64,000 nt of DNA from the NCBI RefSeq assembly GCF_032444005.1, contig NC_091282.1:71734001-71798000 (forward strand), written 5' to 3'. How positions within the stretch are numbered: position 1 is the first letter of the stretch; each line of letters opens with the position of its first letter. A program made the position numbers and the translations under genes. Below are positions 58,573 to 64,000 of the stretch, in pieces. Under the pieces are notes generated by a model. The model saw only the letters and a list, made by a program, of their open reading frames with translations, had not been told where the DNA came from and did not search any database. This DNA is from Ranitomeya imitator (lineage: Eukaryota).

Positions 58573-60937
58573 TATATGCCCTCCATGCTGGTAATTATGT
58601 CCCTTATCCTGGTCCCATCCTGGTATATACAGTGGGGCAAAAAAGTATTTAGTCAGTCAGCAATAGTGCAAGTTCCACCACTTAAAAAGATGAGAGGTGT
58701 CTGTAATTTACACCATAGGTAGACCTCAACTATGGGAGACAAACTGAGAAAAAAAAAATCCAGAAAATCACATTGTCTGTTTTTTTAACTTTTTATTTGC
58801 ATATTATGGTGGAAAATAAGTATTTGGTCAGAAACAAAATTTCATCTCAATACTTTGTAATATATCCTTTGTTGGCAATGACAGAGGTCAAACGTTTTCT
58901 GTAAGTCTTCACAAGGTTGCCACACACTGTTGTTGGTATGTTGGCCCATTCCTCCATGCAGATCTCCTCTAGAGCAGTGATGTTTTTGGCTTTCCGCTTG
59001 GCAACACGGACTTTCAACTCCCTCCAAAGGTTTTCTATAGGGTTGAGATCTGGAGACTGGCTAGGCCACTCCAGGACCTTGAAATGCTTCTTACAAAGCC
59101 ACTCCTTCGTTGCCCTGGCGGTGTGCTTTGGATCATTGTCATGTTGAAAGACCCAGCCACGTTTCATCTTCAATGCCCTTGCTGATGGAAGGAGGTTTGC
59201 ACTCAAAATCTCACGATACATGACCCCATTCATTCTTTCATGTACCCGGATCAGTCGTCCTGGCCCCTTTGCAGAAAAACAGCCCCAAAGCATGATGTTT
59301 CCACCACCATGCTTTACAGTAGGTATGGTGTTTGATGGATGCAACTCAGTATTCTTTTTTCCTCCAAACACGACAAGTTGTGTTTCTACCAAACAGTTCC
59401 AGTTTGGTTTCATCAGACCATAGGACATTCTCCCAAAACTCCTCTGGATCATCCAAATGCTCTCTAGCAAACTTCAGACGGGCCCGGACATGTACTGGCT
59501 TAAGCAGTGGGACACGTCTGGCACTGCAGGATCTGAGTCCATGGTGGCGTAGTGTGTTACTTATGGTAGGCCTTGTTACATTGGTCCCAGCTCTCTGCAG
59601 TTCATTCACTAGGTCCCCCCGCGTGGTTCTGGGATTTTTGCTCACCGTTCTTGTGATCATTCTGACCCCACGGGGTGGGATTTTGCGTGGAGCCCCAGAT
59701 CGAGGGAGATTATCAGTGGTCTTGTATGTCTTCCATTTTCTAATTATTGCTCCCACTGTTGATTTCTTCACTCCAAGCTGGTTGGCTATTGCAGATTCAG
59801 TCTTCCCAGCCTGGTGCAGGGCTACAATTTTGTTTCTGGTGTCCTTTGACAGCTCTTTGGTCTTCACCATAGTGGAGTTTGGAGTCAGACTGTTTGAGGG
59901 TGTGCACAGGTGTCTTTTTATACTAATAACAAGTTTAAACAGGTGCCATTACAGGTAATGAGTGGAGGAAAGAGGAGCCTCTTAAAGAAGAAGTTACAGG
60001 TCTGTGAGAGCCAGAAATCTTGATTGTTTGTTTCTGACCAAATACTTATTTTCCACCATAATATGCAAATAAAATGTTAAAAAAAACAGACAATGTGATT
60101 TTCTGGATTTTTTTTTCTCAGTTTGTCTCCCATAGTTGAGGTCTACCTATGATGTAAATTACAGACGCCTCTCATCTTTTTAAGTGGTGGAACTTGCACT
60201 ATTGCTGACTGACTAAATACTTTTTTGCCCCACTGTATATCCCTCATCCTGGTATACGTCCCCCATTCTGCCGCCATATATTTAAGTATAATGCACTCCC
60301 CATAGCTCTCCCTATAGTACAATGCAATGCACTCCCAATATCCCACCCTATAGTATAATGCACCCCCATAGTCCTTCATACAGTGTAATGCACTCTCCAT
60401 AGTCATCTATGTAGTATAAAGCACAGCCTATAGTCATCCATATAGCATGAAGCACAACCCATAGTTATCCATGTAGTATAATGCACAGCCCATAGTCTTG
60501 TGACTATGTGACTATGCCATAACATATATTGTTCTATGGATTACAGAAATGGCCACTGGACCAGGGTCCTACAAATTGATTAGCTTGACTACTTAAACTA
60601 TCTGTATAATAATAATGATAATAAAAATAATAATATATTAATGACAACAGTATATATTGTATATAATTATATTAATCTAATAGTATAATATTATCTAACA
60701 ATAGAATACAAATAATATATGTATAGTGATACAAATAAAATAAATAAAAATAACAACAATATAATTGTATAATTCTTGGAGGATATTAACCAATAATAAC
60801 CATAATAAAATTATTATTGCTATTGTATTATTACTATATTGGTAGCGTTTTGTATCATTTTTATAAAGTAATACTTCTTACTTACCCATCGGGAGGATGC
60901 AGAGAGATGCCAGCAGCCACAGACTGGGAATTCCCAT
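23351..60937 (-). CDS. Six-exon gene, 346-aa type I membrane protein: signal peptide, ricin-B (CysR-like) lectin, T/S stalk, OST-beta/SLC51B-like TM region, cytoplasmic tail
   Basis: Exon lengths 52+486+141+66+91+205 = 1041 nt, all GT-AG, intron phases 1,1,1,1,2 consistent, open frame MGIPSLWLL...[25 protein letters not shown] on minus at 23229-23224. Confidence 0.85.
23649..24039. mobile_element. T2-family MITE (TTAA TSD) filling most of the 499-bp last intron
   Basis: TTAA|AGAGGAATTGTCATCAGGTCAAAAGTGG ... CCACTTTGGACCTGGTGACAGGTTCTCT|TTAA; ~28-bp imperfect TIR. Confidence 0.8.
24055..24145 (-). CDS. Coding exon 5, transmembrane helix ([30 protein letters not shown])
   Basis: CCTCCTCTTCTCACAG| ... 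AA|GTAAGT; 91 nt, phase 1/2; hydrophobic stretch followed by KKRK in the next exon. Confidence 0.88.
24168..25030 (-). mobile_element. 5'-truncated L2 LINE 3' fragment with (ATT)n tail
   Basis: LDY.NS.LIGLP...[12 protein letters not shown]...LHWLPI..RIQYK...[10 protein letters not shown]; 3' end AAAGCGCTGCGGAATATGTTGGCGCTATATAAATAAA(ATT)n. Confidence 0.9.
27579..28375 (-). mobile_element. Solo LTR of another Gypsy-type family nested in the internal region
   Basis: TGTTATGA...TTCACAACA termini; ~800 bp; interrupts the host internal ORF. No clean TSD; orientation tentative. Confidence 0.65.
28830..29372 (+). CDS. LTR-internal ORF with a cold-shock-domain-like segment and a T/A/P-rich tail (probably frameshifted at its 5' end)
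   Basis: GWSFI...EIFVN...LYPGDRVTY...[10 protein letters not shown] aligns by eye with CSD GFGFI...DVFVH...L.EG..V.F...G.KG..A.NV. Confidence 0.5.
   Translation: MCQGPGPQGPPDKPGWSFIKEPGLYAEIFVNRRDVESHLWEGHLDRDLYPGDRVTYTRHLGEKGWYALNLKKQRDIAPKLAKPKAPVAPPSAKVATTTNTPTVTPACTSKTTVCTITTTETAVAASPAITCTQATQTELITTCSCTQTRIVGTDNMFIIPGIRLEPNMSERSVQVLPKEP
31790..31922. repeat. 20-bp minisatellite (CCACTGAGCCACCGGGCTAA), ~6 copies
   Basis: Read directly. Confidence 0.9.
32202..34269 (+). mobile_element. Non-autonomous Helitron with a duplicated 5' end and 12-bp GTCCGGAGCTAA arrays
   Basis: A|TCTAATATATAATTG 5' ends at 32202 and 32643; 3' hairpin CCCGATTCT-TT-AGAATCGGG (34239-58) then CTAG|T at 34269; charged ORF remnant 33435-33698. 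Confidence 0.82.
34438..34615. mobile_element. Small piggyBac-like MITE
   Basis: CCCCTTGTATGACATG ... CATGTCATAAAGGGG|TTAA; left target site degenerate (CTAA). Confidence 0.6.
34879..34944 (-). CDS. Coding exon 4, juxtamembrane ([21 protein letters not shown])
   Basis: GCTTTTTTAG| ... G|GTGAGT; 66 nt, phase 1/1. Confidence 0.8.
35133..35337. mobile_element. PIF/Harbinger-type palindromic MITE
   Basis: TAA on both sides; long imperfect TIRs (GTCACACTTGCGAGTGCAATG / CATTGCACTCCCAAGTGTGAC). Confidence 0.75.
36702..36842 (-). CDS. Coding exon 3, Thr/Ser-rich stalk
   Basis: CTTCCCTTGCTCAG| ... A|GTAAGT; 141 nt, phase 1/1, open ([17 protein letters not shown]...TYTTDT). Confidence 0.82.
37377..38603. 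mobile_element. Non-autonomous piggyBac-like element related to 14733-18626
   Basis: TTAA flanks; AAAGGGG|TTAA right end; shared internal motif TTTTGCGGGACGAGTTG. Confidence 0.65.
38965..40994. repeat. 71-bp minisatellite, ~28-29 copies, intronic
   Basis: Unit CAGTGCAGAAGAGACCACAGAAATCACTCTCTCCTCACTGCTGACATTGCTAGTGTTCTCTGCTATGGCTT; repeated ORF offsets are multiples of 71 (142, 284, 426). Confidence 0.97.
42353..42838 (-). CDS. Coding exon 2, ricin-B/R-type lectin domain
   Basis: Acceptor TTTCTTTATCTACAG|; donor A|GTAAGA; paired Cys and QxW-like motifs (QYWTW, NQVWLC, SKWK) spaced as in mannose-receptor CysR domains. Confidence 0.92.
42960..43275 (+). mobile_element. Decayed CR1 endonuclease fragment
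   Basis: [18 protein letters not shown]...YDVIGIT.TWWD...RGGGVALYV. Confidence 0.8.
44340..45033. mobile_element. Harbinger-type MITE with internal inverted repeats
   Basis: GGGTACCGTCACAC ... GTGTGACGGTACCC with TWA flanks. Confidence 0.75.
45070..45290 (+). mobile_element. Decayed CR1 RT C-terminal fragment
   Basis: NREKCKI.HLG...[14 protein letters not shown]. Confidence 0.75.
45318..50174 (+). mobile_element. Non-autonomous Ty3/Gypsy LTR element (LTRs 45318-46907 and 48670-50174) with a gag remnant
   Basis: TGTAACA...TAACA/TGACA termini; 5-bp TSD GAAGG; PPT AAGGAAGGGGGGG; gag remnant PPRYYGDP...FLEQC...[13 protein letters not shown]...[12 protein letters not shown]; no RT or integrase. 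Confidence 0.9.
51001..51745. mobile_element. Harbinger-type MITE
   Basis: GGCCTCTTTCACA ... TGTGAAAGAGGCC with TAA/TTA flanks. Confidence 0.75.
51746..52755 (-). pseudogene. DD37E transposase pseudogene
   Basis: FSDE...HDNAPSH...DLNLIE with 37 residues between the second D and E; frameshifts around RRQQGGGG and N-terminal stops. Confidence 0.88.
52973..54011 (-). mobile_element. Non-autonomous Helitron, 3'-truncated, with a ~20-bp ACGTAGTATATTGCCCAG array (52975-53385)
   Basis: A|TCTACTATATAATTATCTAAGGGTCACTTCC on minus; same family as 56877-58525. Confidence 0.75.
55075..55350 (+). mobile_element. tRNA-derived V-SINE with an L2-type 3' tail
   Basis: A/B-box-like head GGTGGCGCAGTGG...GGTTCTAATCCC; V-domain GTTTGCGTGGGTTTCCTCCGGG...CCGGTTTCCTCCCACACTCC; tail matches the L2 at 24168. 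Confidence 0.85.
56801..56876 (+). mobile_element. Probable hAT-type MITE left end hosting the Helitron and Tc1
   Basis: CAGTGGCGTAACT terminus; no matching right TIR found. Confidence 0.35.
56877..58525 (+). mobile_element. Complete non-autonomous Helitron with a 20-21-bp GCAATATACTACGTGACTGG array (57560-58480)
   Basis: A|TC 5' end; 3' hairpin CCCGATGCGTTAGATTCGGG (58495-514) then CTAG|T. Confidence 0.88.
58630..60235 (-). mobile_element. Full-length (1606 bp) Tc1 DD34E copy with a 1-bp frameshift in the transposase
   Basis: Both TIRs and TA TSDs present; ORFs 59346-59870 and 58847-59470 together give the 340-aa protein; extra T near 59355. Confidence 0.95.
60886..60937 (-). CDS. Coding exon 1 (signal peptide [17 protein letters not shown])
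   Basis: Acceptor TTACAG|GAGATAATG at 60943, donor G|GTAAGT at 60885; phase 1 matches the lectin exon (…PM-V-TKG-QNF). Confidence 0.78.
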
Positions 60938-61310
60938 TATCTCCTGTAATTACAGACTAAACTCTGTCTCTGGACCCGAGTTCTGTGCGATATTAAATCC
61001 TCGAGGCTGCAGAGAATCCGGGTTTTCTGTGTCAGGGTGGAGCACCCATTCCTGTAAGGGAAGGAGGTCTGCACAATGATGGGAAATCAGGCCTAGGCGT
61101 ATGGAACAGAAAAAAACTTAGGAGTTTTCTTTTGTTAGACGGCAGCAGCCAGAGGTTGAGGGAAGAATGTTAATCAAGAAGACTGAACTCAGAATCCATT
61201 ATCCCCTAGCATCCATTCTCGTATCACCAGAATTCTCTTATGTGTAGATTTATCAAGATGTTTTCTGGCAAAGATATTCATGTGTCCTCGGTTGTCAGAT
61301 TTATAAAGGT

Positions 61311-62060
61311 GCATATGTGGCCAAAAGTTTTGAGACTGACACAAACTTGCGTTTTCGACAAAGTTTTCATCTTCCCTATTTTCAGATCTTTTAGTGAGGT
61401 GGTTCTATGGTTACCGAAGAACAAATGCCATGAATAAAGAATGTGATCTTACCATCCTCCGATAATTGTATTGGTTGATGGCGGTCACCAATCCCAAGTC
61501 CACTAGAGAATGAATTGAGTGTGGGTGTGCATGCTTTACATCTGCTCTACAGCCATGATGAAAAGTTCTGAGACTGACACAAATTTTGGTTGTCATACTG
61601 TTTGCTCCTTTAGTGTTTTTAGATTTTCTAGTTGGAGATTTCTATTGTTCTTGAAGGACAATTATCAGAAATTCATAAGTTTTTACACTTTTATTGACAA
61701 ATACATCAAGTTTCTGCAAAGACTCAACGTTTTCAGTGTTGACCCTTATTTTGCAAGACTTCTGCCCTTCTCCGTGGCGGCTGGATATCAGCTTCTGGAC
61801 CAAATCCTGACTGATGACCACCCATTCCTGTCTAATCAGTGCTTGGAGCTTATCACAATTTCAATGTTTTTGTCCTGCTTTTTGAGAATTGACCACATGT
61901 TCTCAATGGGATTGAGACCTGGGGAGTTTCCTGGCCAAAGACCCAAAACTTCAATGTTTTCTTCACCGAGTCACTTAGTTATTATTTTTCCCTTGTGACG
62001 TGGTCGCTATCATGCTGGGAAAGCCAGTGTTCATCACTAAATTGTTCTTAGATCCGTGGG
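61311..62060 (-). mobile_element. Old Tc1-like remnants (two TIR-like starts and a transposase 3' fragment)
   Basis: GCCAAAAGTTTTGAGACTGACACAAA-like at 61320 and 61560; decayed transposase-like sequence to ~62060. Confidence 0.5.
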
Positions 62061-63044
62061 AGAAATTGCTCTTGAGTTTGCTATTACTGTATATAAAATG
62101 GAGCTCTGCAGATCCTCATTCATGGGATCACTACTGGTCCCAGCAGGTGGATCATCAGCAAACAATATCTCATCTATAGGGCATCTATCGGGTATAACAT
62201 ATCCTTGTTAATACTCCTTTTTGTCCTAACCTCATTTTTAAGGGGCAACTTTACCAATATATAGAATTTATAATAATGCATCAAGGTTGTAAGTCTAGCA
62301 GCGGATATCAGTCACACTTATGGATAAAGGTGTTTTGGGAGATTCTCGACACCGGAGATTGCCACATACCAAAATTTGAACTTTTCTGCCACCATACAGC
62401 TGTTTTTAATTCATTTAGGAGATGGTGTCAGGGCTGGATCTGTAACGTGGCGCAGTGTGGTAGCCATGGGCGAGCTACTCACGTTTCATGCCCCGGCACT
62501 CTACAAGGAAATGGGTGTCCTGGCTGGGTGTGTGGACTTGTGGGCGCTATGGCATTGCAGGCCGCATGACACCGGTGACTTCAGCTGGCCAGGAACAGGT
62601 CTTATAAAGTTCAATGAGGAAGTCTTTTATCGAACAGTAACTTAGTGGGTATTATGTACAACAGATAGTGGGTGCAAAACGTCATCAACATCTTCATACA
62701 CATTCTCCTGTCCTTCCCAGAATGACTCGGTTCTGCCTTACTCAGTCCTCTGTCTTCGCCATTACCGAGCATGGTACTTCAGCAACTTCCCTCATCCTCA
62801 ACAACGGTATAACAGTCAGTGAGAGTCCTGAACTTTAACCCACAGTTCCACATCCTTTTCCCCTTAGGGTATGTGTCCACGGGCCATATTACATCCGGAA
62901 TAGCTGCGGAATGAAAGCTGCGTAGAGCCACAGAGTTCAATCCGCAGCGTCCAGATGTTACAGCATAGTGGAGGGGATTTTATTAAATCCCGTCTCCACT
63001 ATGCGTGGTAACATGCACCCGGCGGCCCTGCGTTTCCGGACATG

Positions 63045-64000
63045 TGCAGCGCCCCAGAGACCTGGTCGTTGCAGTGTAGCGCTCTGCCACTAAGGGGAGC
63101 AGCGGTACGTCTGATGGCACTAAGGAGTTCTTCTGACCAGGTATCACTAGAACACATTACACTTCACACTCCGGCCACTAGGGGGAGAAAAAGGCTTTAT
63201 TTATTGGGCCACTCCTCACACTGGTAAAACTAGGGGCTGTGGAGGAAGTTAGTCAGAAGCTGACTGGGTTGGAACCAGGCAACATCCCGTGGCAGGGGGT
63301 GTTGCGGGAGAAGGCACAGGGGGGTCCCTGTCAGGCGTGGGAACCTAGCAGGTGCCTAGCGAACAGAACGTAACGGAACCGCGCCTGCACACCTTGCGGC
63401 GGTATCCTAAGAGAAAGACAAGAGGGGAAGAATATTGTGGAACAGTGTAAACAAGATCAGCACAAAGGAGAGCCAGTAAGAGTCGTGCCGAGAGAGGAAG
63501 GCAACATCTTACTGAGGCGCGTAGTCGGTGGCCGGATCACCGTAGGAGTAACTGACTTCAGGCCTTACTTCAAATTCCGCTGGACAGTTGATTATAGGTT
63601 GGCTGTCTACCTTCTACACCTACGAAGACATAGGGGGCAACATTGGGAGAGGGGCGTCTCTAGGGTCCCGGAAGACCTCCAAGCATTCCCGTCAAACGGG
63701 TGGCATCCTAGCCAAAATATACCTGGGGGACGTTAGGAACTAGCAACATCTGGAACCAAAGAACGAGAGAGAGAGAGAAAGCTGTAGAGAACAAACGAAG
63801 GAGAACAGCAGTTGTGAGGACTATTCCGAATGCTCAGCAGGGTAGGACTACAACACACAGGCGCTATTGGTAGGCAACGATTTCCATCTGCGAGGGAAAC
63901 TCTGGATGTGCCCATCGGACCGGCCCGTCTCTGATAGCTCGGTTGAACGTGCTCTGGACTGAGTGTATTGAAGCCTTCAGTAAAAAGGTAAAGAGACTGC
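63045..64000 (+). mobile_element. LTR of a family related to 25925-31548, inserted in a Harbinger-type MITE (62867-63044); runs off the window
   Basis: Starts TGCAGCGCCCCAG; shares CTTCAGTAAA..GGTAAAGAGACTGC with the 25925 LTR. Confidence 0.7.

Overview
Repeat-dense vertebrate genomic DNA, most likely a frog (inferred from the TE families; not provable here). One host gene can be assembled by hand on the minus strand. It has six coding exons (60937-60886, 42838-42353, 36842-36702, 34944-34879, 24145-24055, 23555-23351), all with GT/AG boundaries and matching phases. They give a 346-aa type I membrane protein: signal peptide, ricin-B/CysR-type lectin domain, Thr/Ser stalk, OST-beta(SLC51B)-like juxtamembrane/TM segment and cytoplasmic tail. 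The rest is nested mobile DNA: CR1 and L2 LINEs, a V-SINE, DD34E and DD37E Tc1 elements, piggyBac-like, T2 and Harbinger MITEs, Helitrons, non-autonomous Gypsy-type LTR elements and minisatellites. Highlights: (1) a 331-bp-period hammerhead-ribozyme element with snRNA-type promoter motifs, resembling newt satellite 2 / non-LTR retrozymes (15319-15735); (2) a very young, ORF-intact 10-kb Penelope-like (Neptune-type) insertion with inverted plus tandem architecture, a U3-A8 covariant hammerhead and a predicted pLTR intron; (3) a cold-shock-domain-like ORF inside a pol-less LTR element; (4) the lectin/OST-beta-like gene. At least five distinct hammerhead-like motifs occur in the window.
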